Below are positions 1 through 11,793 of a stretch of DNA of 64,000 bases, one piece after another (within the stretch, counting starts at the first letter, position 1; each line of letters starts with the position of its first letter). The translations under genes were made by a program, and so were the position numbers. The notes below the pieces were generated by a model. That model worked only from the letters and a program-made list of their open reading frames with translations. It did no database searches and was not told the DNA's origin. Source of the DNA: Octopus sinensis (Eukaryota); the NCBI RefSeq assembly GCF_006345805.1, contig NC_043013.1:27280001-27344000 (forward strand). The letters are read 5' to 3'.

Positions 1-338
1 GCCCCAGGAGGAGGATAAATAATAAAAATCAGAACTTTTTTTTTCTCAATTTGTGTTGAGAAATTAATTTTTATAAGTCAATTTGTTAATTGGACACAGG
101 CGGTAGTTTAAATTGATTACAAATTAGCAGTTTACTAATTAATTAAAGGAATAAAAGAAAGGAAAGGCTTCCAGATAGGATAAACTAACTAATCTAAAAT
201 TACTGTGGATAGTTTTACTCATTTCTTTCTTCTTTTTTTTTAATTTTTAAGAGATGTGCATAATTGCTTGCAAATTTTTCATTTTTTATCATTATTTTGA
301 TCTTTCAAAAAAGAAAGAGAATGTTGCCTAATGATGAT

Positions 339-518
<180 letters not shown>

Positions 519-985
519 AAAGAGAGGGAGGATGTGGGGCCCCTATGCTGTTGCTTGACCAGCTAGAAAAAATGTCAGCACTCCCTCATTTACACCCTAT
601 TGTCTTACAAGGAAAAAGAGTGTTGGTCATGGCTGGAATGCCTTAAACATTTAGTATTTAAACCAGTCATATCTGGCCCAAATATTCTACCTGCTTTATG
701 TTCAAACTGGCCAGATCCAGCTTCTCACACCTATCCTACAATGTCATTCTAAAAATAGACAATAGCATCATTGAAGTCTCAAAGCTACAAGACAGTACAT
801 GATTATTTCAAAATAATATGAATAAATAAGCTTTATGTTTGGCAGAATAATTTGAATGTGAAAGGGTCAGATCACAGGCTTGTTTGTTCAGGACTAACTT
901 GAAGCTAAACATCAACAACAATAACAACAACTATCTCATTGTATTTATCTTCATCAGTCTGTGTCTTCAGTTCAAAACATACTCA

Positions 986-1209
986 CCTTTTCGTTACCGT
1001 AGTTACTTTGAGATGCTCTCTGCTTTTTTCTGTTAATTTTTGAATATAACAAAGAATTTAGTAAAATAACTTAGTTATCATTAGGTTAGTGTTAGGAACA
1101 TGAATTGTGACTAAGGTTTGGTGGAAGATTTTAATTCAAAACCTATGAAAAATAAGACATTTGTATTACAGAGCCAGAGCAGGTTCAGCTGGGTTGGGTA
1201 TCGAAAGGA
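986..1209. mobile_element. Second piggyBac-like MITE family, degenerate
   Basis: Imperfect TIRs ccttttcgttacc / ggtatcgaaagga with TTAA on the right; related sequence near 4705-4920 and 13705-13950. Confidence 0.5.
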
Positions 1210-2729
1210 TTAAGTCAGGGGTGGGGGAGGGGCTATCATAATCATTTGGTTTTATAGACTTGATATGTTGTGTTGGCAATTGCCTTGGTAAATATTCAAT
1301 AAACTAATATCTTAATTTAATATCCTTTCTGCTATAGGCACAAGGGCTGAAATTGGGGGAAGGAGGCCGGTTGATTTCATCCACCTTAGTTCTTAACTGA
1401 TACTTATTTGTACTTATTTTATTGACTTCAAAAGGCAAAGTCAACCTCAGCTGCATTTGAACTCAATGTAAAGACAGGCAAATGCCTCTAAGCATTTTTG
1501 TCCAGCATGTTAGTGATTCTGCCAGCTTGCTGCCTTATTTCTGAATTTGATATCAATAACCAGAAATGCATGACTATCACAACCTTTTATTTTGTCTTTT
1601 GTGCCGAAATATTTTATGTTTTTTTTTTTGTTTTGTTTTGTTAACATTAATATACTTAGAGAATAATTTTTTTCAATTATTATCAAATTTTAATGATTTA
1701 ATTAAAAATTAACTTTTGCTTCACTCCCAGGGCATCCCTACCGCTACTCTCCAATATTTTGAAGTTCTGTATTAAAGTAGATATTTTTTAAAAGTTAAAC
1801 ATAAAAAAAAAAGGAAAATCTTTTTATTCTTTCTTCTTTAACCAATTCTATCTCCTGCGAAAAATACTTTTGAGATAGCTTTATTATGCACATAGTTCAT
1901 TTTATTATTACTCGGGGGTTTTTATTCCTTTTTTTTTTAAGTGAAATTTTAGCATTTTTAAAATTTATTTCTATAGATAGCCTTAGCTTCTTTTTGTCAT
2001 ATAATTCTGCATATATGGATAGTTCACCAGCCAAACTTCATGTTAAAAAAAAATCAATATTTTCCATTCCTTTGAATCTCTGGTAATTTCTTCTTAACTG
2101 ACATTTAAATTTCTTCATCATTGTTTAATTTATTTTTTCTTTATATTCCTTTTTTCCTTAATTACCATATTCTTCTAGCAGAACAAGATCCAACCAATAC
2201 ATGGCAAAGCATATTGTTAAAATGCTGTTAAAAATTTCAATTTGTTGGATTACAACTTTTTTTTAAATTTTGTTTTAAGGAAAATTAAATTAAATCAGAT
2301 TAGTGGATGTTCAATAATAAGGCATTGAGTCTTTCTAAGAATGCAGTGATTTCTTTGTTAGAACTTTTGGCTATTTTCAAAAGAGGAGGGAGAAGAAAAA
2401 AAAAACATTTATGAAGCTGCTAGTTCGTATGATTTGAGCTTTATTAAAATTGTTTCAGCAAATTATTTGATATTTGAAGTTGTTTCCATCTTTAACCGGT
2501 ACCAACCAGTTAGCTAGAAAAGAAACAATATTGAATAAGATGGGGAAGATGCCTAGGACACATAGGAAACGAATTCTTTCCTCCTACTCTCTTTCTGATG
2601 CATTCCTAAAACTACTCAGACTTCTTCCCCCTCACCATTCCGCCCTTAAAAAAACAGTCACATTGCATACATTTCTAGTAGCCCTTCAGAAACTTCATAC
2701 TATCCCAGATTAATAATAATAATAATAAT

Positions 2730-3362
2730 TTTTGCACAAGGCCAGCAATTCTGGGGTAGGGATAAGACAGTTAGATTTTCAGCTGATATTTATGATGCCT
2801 ATTTTATTGACACTAAAAGAATGACAAGCAAGTATTTGAAATCAGAATGTGCTAACAATTCTGCCAGCACAGTATAATAATAATAATGATGATGATAATA
2901 ATAATCCTTTCTACTGGAGGCACAAGGCCCCAAATTTTACAGGATGGGGACTAGTCAATTACATCAACCTCAATGTTTTCACTGGTACTCAATTTATCAG
3001 CCCCGAAAGGATGAAAGGCAAAGTCGACTGTGGCGGCTTTTGAACTCAGAACACAAAGACAGATGAAATACCACTAAGCATTTCACCCAGCATGCTAATG
3101 ATTCTGCCAGCTCACCGCCTTAATATTAATAATAATAATAATAATTCTTTCTACTTGAAACACAAGGCCTCAAATTTGGGGGAAAGGATTAAGTCGATTA
3201 CATCAATCCCAGTGTGTAACTGGTACTTATTTAATTAACCCCGAAAGGATGAAAGGCATAGTCAACCTCAACAGAATTTGAACTCAGAGCATAAAGACTG
3301 ACAAAATACCACTAAGCATTTTGCCCAACGTGCTAACGATTCTGCCAGTTCACCACCTTAAT
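2730..3362 (-). mobile_element. Three tandem family-A SINE copies separated by (AAT)n tails
   Basis: Repeated ggatgaaaggcaaagtc...tttgaactcag...gattctgccag modules. Confidence 0.75.
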
Positions 3363-4077
3363 AATCATAGTAATGATAATGATAAATAGTGAATGTATTT
3401 TCATTGACTCTGAATATTATTTTCTAAACCTAAGATAACAGATACTTACCTTCAGTTTAGGAGTTTAGGAAACAATAATTCTAAAACCATCTCCTAGAAC
3501 TGCTCAGTTTTCTGATGTTATTGTTGTTTAGATAAACAATAGTTATACTCTATAGCTTGCATTATTGTCATCATCAATGTTTGTCACCATCTAATGGAAG
3601 GGTCTTTTTGTGGTCATTTGGCCTGTTGGAAATAGCAGCTAAATCTTGCTCTACTACAGATATTCTCAAACTTATATAGTTAGTACTCCCTTTCACCAAA
3701 TGGTATTTTCCCCCTCCCTGTGTTTTAAAAGAAAAATAGTTTATTCTAACCAAACAAAGGCTAATTTTACACAGTGCTTTATTATCAACATGTTTGTATT
3801 CTCTCCTATCCAGCATGTACACTCTTTTTTTTTAAGTATTTGCTTGGACTGGTATCCCCTTTGCTAAATATTTATAAAAATTACTAAAAGTAGGCAAGGA
3901 CTTGTATAATGAATTTCTATTTAGGTTCACTTAATTAGTGCATGTGAATAAATTATTTAGAAGAAAGATTAACAATACAATTTAAGCTTTAAATAAAATA
4001 CTAGTAATTAAAATACTATTGGTGTTAACAAATCATGCACATGCAAGCACACGTGCGTGTGTGTGTGTGAGTGCGAA

Positions 4078-4360
4078 GATACATGGCTTAGTGGTTAGGG
4101 TGTTGCGCTCATAACTCTAGACTGTGGGTTCAGTTCTGGGATCAGGCAGCACATTGTGTTCTTGAACAAAACACCTCATTTCACGTTGCTCCAGCCTGCT
4201 CAGCTGTAAATGAGTAACCCTGTAGTTGAATACCTTCTGATCAAGGGGTGATGTTGGCCTGCTTGCCAAGCCATCAGGATGGCATTATTTGAAAGCTAAA
4301 ACAATGCAAAGCGCATTGTGACCAGTGATGTATAACATCTGGTAGTCTGGTTGATACCAT
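4078..4360 (+). mobile_element. Decayed tRNA-derived SINE
   Basis: tggcttagtggttagg head and gtgttcttgaacaaaacac core, ending at a (TG/TA)n tract. Confidence 0.6.
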
Positions 4361-4570
4361 GATGTGTGTATGTGTGTGTATATGTATGTATATATATATA
4401 TATGTGTGTATATAAATATGTGTATGTATATATATATGTGTGTGTGCATATATGTATATATGCGTATATACATATATGTGTGTGTAAGTGTGCATGTATG
4501 TGTATATGTGTGTCTGTGTATATATATGTGTGTGTGTGTGTGTATGTATGTGTGAGTGTGTGTGTATGTA
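4361..4570. repeat. Compound (TG/TA)n microsatellite
   Basis: Direct reading. Confidence 0.9.
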
Positions 4571-6088
4571 TCAAGTATTGAGAAAATGGGAAACAAGTTA
4601 TGTCCATCAACAAATTATAGTCCAAAAATAAAACAGTTAAATAATTAAAAACATAACTATTTTTTGCCACATTTAAATAGTTTATTGCTAAGAAAAAACA
4701 CGATTCCTTTAGTCCTTACTTTACCGTATTTCTATGGAAACACATTGCCTTTGTTTCAATTAATTTTGAAAATCCTGAAGAATTTATTAAAATAACTGTT
4801 GTCATGTTGTAAGCCAGTGTTTAGAACATAGATTAACATAGAATTTTGTTGGAAAGTTTTAACCTAGATCAATTTAAAACAGTTTGTATCATATAACTTA
4901 GTGGTTAGTATCAAAAGGATTGAACACCTGACTTTCCCTGCCCCTGTGGTGTTCCCTTGACAACTCCTGAGCCCCCCCCCCCTTGTGAGTTCACAATGAT
5001 CCCAAGGAAGTGGGTTGCTATCCCTCAAGTTAAGAACCACTTCCCTAGTACATTAGGCAAGAAGAGCACATCGGTAAATGTGGCCCTCAATGTTTTTCTA
5101 CAGTGTGCTTAGGAAACCAATGGAATGGTTATAACTAGAATGTCTCCCATCATCATTATATTACAGTACCAACATTAACAATTACAATTTTAATATATTT
5201 AGTGCAAACATTATTTATCTTCATGAAACCTTGTGCCTAATAATTGCGTAATGCACAAATTTTGAAACTAATAATCATTATTAGCAATCTGATTTCACCA
5301 ATAGTTTGATTAGTTTATTAAACATTAAAATTCTTGGTTTTTATCAAGGTGTGAACATTCATATTAAATTTTCTTACCTTTACAAAATAACTGATTATTA
5401 AACAAAAGTCATAGTTTTTCTTCCTACAATCATCATCATCATTATTATTATTATTTAATCTAATTATTTATTTCTTGACAATTTTTTTTTTTTAAATAAT
5501 TTTGATTATTATGAAGCACATAATTAATTTCTTACAACTTTCTTAATGAAAAAACCTATCATGAAAAGGTTTTACTTATGCAACATTTTCTTGAAAAGAA
5601 GGAAATTAATCTATTTTTTGTTTGTTTTGTTTTTATTTATTTTTTTTTGTTTGATTTTTAATTTGGGTAACATGTGGAACTGCTTTAATTTTGTGATGTT
5701 TGTGGTTTTCTAAACAATTCCCTGTCAGCGCTTTAAATATTCGTTTCGGTGTTTTCTTTCTTGTTTGTTTGTTTTTGTATTGTTTCTCTTGTGATTGTTT
5801 AAATGTTTGTGCTTGAGTTTTTATCCAACCGTGGATACAAATAAGAGTCTAAGAGCAATAACCACACACACAGTGCACTGTTCCATTATTGGTTGGACCA
5901 ACAATAAAAGATACTCCATCCAATGAGAGGTGTGTGTGTGTGTGTATAAAACATTTATTGTGTCAGCATTGAGCTGTTGGTTTCTGATTTTATAATATAT
6001 GCATACTCTTTGAGCAAATACTTAAGAACCAATCAAAGATGAACAAAGTTCATTTTATTCAAATTAGATAAATTTGATTGGTTTAGAC

Positions 6089-6598
6089 CAATGGTTCCCA
6101 AGGCAGGCAGTACTGCCCCTTGGGGGTGGTGGAAAGATCTGGGAGGAAAGGGGATTGAAGAATAGAGGAGCGATAATGGAGTAGTCAAACGGGGATGATG
6201 GATATAAAGAAACCCAAGATAATGGGTTGATTAACCCTTTAGTATTTAAACCGGCCATATCCGGCCAAAATATTTAATTGTTTTATGTTCAAACTGACCA
6301 GATCCAGGCTCTCACACCTACCCTACAATGTTATTCTACATTAAGTAATTACACCAACAAGATCTTGTAGATATGAGATAATGCACGATTAATTCAAATC
6401 AATGTGAATCAATAAGCATTATGTTTGATAGAATAATCGGAACACTAAAGGGTTAAGTTAAGTTTTACTTGTAAAATACAGTTGTTTTGAATTTGCTGCT
6501 GAAAGTGGTCTATGTTTGTGGTGGTGAGTAGGTGGGGTGCTAGGAACATAGCCTGGGAGCCAAGGGGGCAACAGCCTGTAAAAGTTTGGGAACCACTG
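6089..6598. mobile_element. Non-autonomous hAT (Charlie-like) MITE with an 8-bp TSD
   Basis: TIRs caatggttcccaa / ttgggaaccactg; perfect TSD GTTTAGAC at 6081-6088 and 6599-6606. Confidence 0.88.
6235..6452 (+). mobile_element. piggyBac-type MITE of about 220 bp, nested in the hAT MITE
   Basis: TTAA|CCCTTTAG...CTAAAGGG|TTAA; related copies near 650-870, 14600-14815, 26890-27090, 46326-46502, 49820-50020 and on the minus strand near 50163-50408. Confidence 0.85.
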
Positions 6599-8774
6599 GT
6601 TTAGACATTCGACATATTGAAAGGCCTCACTTTTAAAATATTACCTTAACCTGGGGCAATAGCTTGGTTGAAAGGGGTTGTCATTAGTGTATTGCTTGTA
6701 ATGGAAAAGACATTGCTTTTTCTTTTTCTATATATGTTTTAGGGGTCTAAAACCTGGTTAAAAGATTTCTACTAAGTCATTATGTCTCTATCTATGAAAC
6801 TTTTGATTAAGCCTACATATATATATATATATAGTCCAATTCTTGCCTTCTATACATTGTGAATATAAAGAGTGATTTTTGTGCGTCTATTTAGAGTTGA
6901 ATCATTTGTGAAACCATGATGTTCTGGTGATCAGATGAGTTAGCTTTCTTCATTTGCATTAATTTGTGAATATACGATTGTATTGTATAATGCTGAGCCG
7001 ACATGCAAATATGCATATAATTTCTGGCATACTGAAATTAATACTACATGAAGGAGGTTACGAAACAGCTGTAACCATGTGGATAAATGAATCTATCCTT
7101 ATTTCTTACACCTGCTGTGTTTATGCTAGACATACTCCTCGCTGAATAAGTTATTGCTCAGAATTTCTGGATTTTCAGTTACACAGATACTTTACATTAC
7201 ACTACTTTGTGATTGGTTCCTACGTGGACTAATAGCTGAGTTTGTAGGAGGAGCTTACTGTGATAGCAGCACAATTCCCTGAATCTATATTTTATACTAC
7301 ACCTATATACACCAAGTATTTAAACTGTCTTCAAAAACATGACATAGGTTTTCAGGTTACAACCATTTCCTGTAAAACATGTTATTTGTAAAATGACCAA
7401 ACAAGTTGATCATTGTTGTTTCAGAAATAGATTGATGTCATAAGTGATTATGTTATCGTTATCATTCAATGGAATGCTGGCATGGGTTGGACAGTTTGAC
7501 TGGATATGACAATCTGGAGGATGGCGTCATGCTCCAATGCTTCCTTTGGCATGGTTTCTACACCTGGATGCCCTTCCTAATGCCAACCACTTTATAGAGT
7601 GTAATGAGTTTTTTTTTTGCATGTCACCATCACTAGTGAAGATCACCTTATAACGTAAGATATTCAGTGGCCCCTATAACTAAAAGACAACAGGAGATTG
7701 GGTAAAGATTCTAGGTAGAGGGATGAGAGGCTATTAAGAAAAGGGGAGAAGATAGAGTTGAAAGGTAATTGTGTGAGTTGTGTAAGGTAGGGTCTAGGGC
7801 TTTCCAACAGTACAGGGAGCAAGTATGCACTGTGTGAAGAAAAACGACAGGAAGGCAGTTGCAGATTAAAGTGGAAAGCAATTTTGGGAGGGTCAGCATG
7901 TTTTTGCTTTTGCAATTTGTCACCCAAAAGAAAATGAAGATATATATCAGGCATGGTCAGCCAGTTTTGAGAACTGGATCACATGTGACATGGCTCAGCA
8001 TCATATGGGCCGCACTACTGAAAATTTGAAGGCAATTTTTCTTCAGAGTACCATTGACTAATTCATATTGATCTTATAAAAACGGTTCAGAAGTGTTATA
8101 TTCTGTAACAATGCACATCAGATATATCTCTCTTTTGGTCCCTTCCTAGGTATCTTCATGTGTGCAGTTTCTTCTTCTTATCACAAATAACCAACCACTC
8201 AATATTCACGGACCACTATTAACTTCTAATTCCAAAAATTGCTTTCATTTTTTTCTTCTTCCCAGTACTTTTTTTTTAATACCATAATGTCTCTGCTTCA
8301 AATTTATTTTTCTGCTTAAATTTTAATAATTTCTTCCAATAATTTTAATTTGCAATGGGCTAATCCTAAATCTTACATCCAACATATTCCATCAGTCATC
8401 TCTGATTACTAACTATTACTACTACTACTGCTGCTGCTGCTACTACTACTAATAAAGTTGATGTGAAACAAAGCTTTTTAAAATATACTGCCAGTGCACA
8501 TCACTATATATTATTGTAAATAATTTACATTGAAACTCTAACTGGACCATATTATGTTAAGCTTATGCTAATACATACATGTATGCATGTATGTATGTTG
8601 TTAATGTCAGAAAAATTTATAATCTCTAGAGAGAATATGAATTTTTTTAACAATGGATCTTGAACACATAAAGCTTTTGAGTTTTTCTATTCAAAAGGGT
8701 TTTTCGGCCTAATAATTACATGCTTTATAGCTTAATGTGTTTCAAGATCCACTGCTCCAAACATATATATATAT

Positions 8775-8807
<33 letters not shown>

Positions 8808-8868
8808 GTAGCACTCGGCACATTTGATTGATGATGGATGTATTTAATAACAGTTTGATTTTTGTCCG

Positions 8869-8918
8869 CATGACTTGAAGTTTCATGAGCATGCAGAACA
8901 TGTCCATCTCTTCAGATG
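8869..8918 (-). ncRNA. Candidate type I hammerhead ribozyme
   Basis: Minus strand reads CAU-CUGAAGA-G-[AUGGACAUGU UCU GCAUGCUCAU]-GAA-ACUUCAAGU-C^AUG, with core present, a GUC triplet and a 3-bp helix I. Confidence 0.5.
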
Positions 8919-9332
8919 TTCAAGGGCCACTTGACATCTGAGGAGATGGTCATATCCTACACACTTACACAACTTGTGTGGAGCTAAGTGAAACTGTTAT
9001 TAAATTTCTGTGTGCTTGTGTGAGTGTGTGTGCGTGCGTGCTTGTGTGTGTGATTTATCACAATCATTAGAATGTCTGATAAAATGCCTTGAAATATTCA
9101 TTCTGGCTCTCTGCAAGTCTGAGTTCAAATCCTACCAAGGACAACTTTGCCTTTAATCCTTTTGGGGTCAATAAAGACCCAGTCAAGTATTGTGGTTGAT
9201 TCTTTTTTTCTCTCTATCTCTCACATTCTCTTACTCTGTGTAAAGAAAGAATAGACTAAAAGTCAGCTGTGTCCAGATTTGAAAAATGAGTGAGGTCTGC
9301 CAGGTTTGAAAATTCCCCAAGACACACCATCT

Positions 9333-9561
9333 TATTTCTTTATTGCCCACAAAGGGCTAAACATAGAAGGGACAAACAAGGACAGACAAAGGGATTAAGT
9401 CGATTACATCGACCCCAGTGCGTAACTGGTACTTTATTTATCAACCCTGCAAGGATGAAAGGCAAAGTCGACCTTGGCGGTATTTGAACTCAGAACGTAA
9501 CGGCAGGCGTAATACCGCTCAGCATTTCGCCCAATGTGTTTACGTTTCTGTCAGCTCGCCA
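9333..9561 (-). mobile_element. Full-length tRNA-derived SINE (family A; central gcctttcatcc...gataaaataagtaccag domain) with a 17-bp TSD
   Basis: TSD CCCAAGACACACCATCT at 9316-9332 and 9562-9578; B-box-like gagttcaaat; duplicated at 10825-11053. Confidence 0.88.
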
Positions 9562-10266
9562 CCCAAGACACACCATCTGCCACTGCAATACCCCTTACAA
9601 CTCCAGCATGAGTTAAGGGAAAACGCACTCTGTGGTTACAGCTGCATTTAATTTAGTATCATGTGACTGCATGGATGACTGAGAAAGAAAAGGTGCATGC
9701 TACATATGGGCCAAAAGAAGCTGAACATTCTTTGGTTGCATCAATTGTTCAGCACCGCTGAAGGAATGATACCAAAATCATTGAGATCTCCAGAATTACT
9801 TTTAATGGTTATAGGTGTTAGGCGTAGTTTTGCATTGGAATTCGTTTGGCATTATCTACTTGATGTCACGCTTCACACTTCCTACTGGTAGATGAACAAA
9901 GAGACCTAATGTTCATGTATTATACCATCATGGTTATAATCAACATTTAATGTCCGTTTTCCATACAGGCATGGGTTGGATGTTGGGGACACACCCACAC
10001 ACACATGTATATGTTTTCTCCTGGTTGTATTTTTTTCTGTTTCGTGTGTGTGTGTGTGTGTGTGTGTAATGTTTGTATTTTTACTTAAAACTGACAAATT
10101 ACGTTCGAATTATTTTTTAAAAATTCAATTTTATTAATTACCTTGTTTGGATTATAATGTTCTTTTAAGCTTCCTGTGTGATGATGTTATTCAATCAGAC
10201 CCACCCCTCTCTGATTATTCTCTCTCTCATATCTATGTGTGTGTGTGTGTATATATGTGTATATAT

Positions 10267-10299
<33 letters not shown>

Positions 10300-10360
10300 G
10301 TAGCACTCGGCACATTTGATTGATGATGGATGTATTTAATAACAGTTTGATTTTTGTCCG

Positions 10361-10410
10361 CATGACTTGAAGTTTCATGAGCATGCAGAACATGTCCATC
10401 TCTTCAGATG
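10361..10410 (-). ncRNA. Second copy of the 8869-8918 hammerhead candidate, inside the 1492-bp duplication
   Basis: Same sequence offset by 1492 bp. Confidence 0.5.
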
Positions 10411-11744
10411 TTCAAGGGCCACTTGACATCTGAGGAGATGGTCATATCCTACACACTTACACAACTTGTGTGGAGCTAAGTGAAACTGTTATTAAATTTC
10501 TGTGTGCTTGTGTGAGTGTGTGTGCGTGCGTGCTTGTGTGTGTGATTTATCACAATCATTAGAATGTCTGATAAAATGCCTTGAAATATTCATTCTGGCT
10601 CTCTGCAAGTCTGAGTTCAAATCCTACCAAGGACAACTTTGCCTTTAATCCTTTTGGGGTCAATAAAGACCCAGTCAAGTATTGTGGTTGATTCTTTTTT
10701 TCTCTCTATCTCTCACATTCTCTTACTCTGTGTAAAGAAAGAATAGACTAAAAGTCAGCTGTGTCCAGATTTGAAAAATGAGTGAGGTCTGCCAGGTTTG
10801 AAAATTCCCCAAGACACACCATCTTATTTCTTTATTGCCCACAAAGGGCTAAACATAGAAGGGACAAACAAGGACAGACAAAGGGATTAAGTCGATTACA
10901 TCGACCCCAGTGCGTAACTGGTACTTTATTTATCAACCCTGCAAGGATGAAAGGCAAAGTCGACCTTGGCGGTATTTGAACTCAGAACGTAACGGCAGGC
11001 GTAATACCGCTCAGCATTTCGCCCAATGTGTTTACGTTTCTGTCAGCTCGCCACCCAAGACACACCATCTGCCACTGCAATACCCCTTACAACTCCAGCA
11101 TGAGTTAAGGGAAAACGCACTCTGTGGTTACAGCTGCATTTAATTTAGTATCATGTGACTGCATGGATGACTGAGAAAGAAAAGGTGCATGCTACATATG
11201 GGCCAAAAGAAGCTGAACATTCTTTGGTTGCATCAATTGTTCAGCACCGCTGAAGGAATGATACCAAAATCATTGAGATCTCCAGAATTACTTTTAATGG
11301 TTATAGGTGTTAGGCGTAGTTTTGCATTGGAATTCGTTTGGCATTATCTACTTGATGTCACGCTTCACACTTCCTACTGGTAGATGAACAAAGAGACCTA
11401 ATGTTCATGTATTATACCATCATGGTTATAATCAACATTTAATGTCCGTTTTCATACAGGCATGGGTTGGATGTTGGGGACACACCCACACACACATGTA
11501 TATGTTTTCTCCTGGTTGTATTTTTTTCTGTTTCGTGTGTGTGTGTGTGTGTGTGTGTGTAATGTTTGTATTTTTACTTAAAACTGACAAATTACGTTCG
11601 AATTATTTTTTAAAAATTCAATTTTATTAATTACCTTGTTTGGATTATAATGTTCTTTTAAGCTTCCTGTGTGATGATGTTATTCAATCAGACCCACCCC
11701 TCTCTGATTATTCTCTCTCTCATATCTATGTGTGTGTGTGTGTA

Positions 11745-11793
<49 letters not shown>

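Larger units (their letters stand above)
8770..11786. repeat. Tandem duplication with a 1492-bp period, two near-identical copies bounded by (TA)n tracts
   Basis: gtagcactcggc at 8808 and 10300; identical ORF-track peptides offset by 1492; the differences I saw are a 1-nt C indel and (GT)12 vs (GT)13. Confidence 0.95.
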
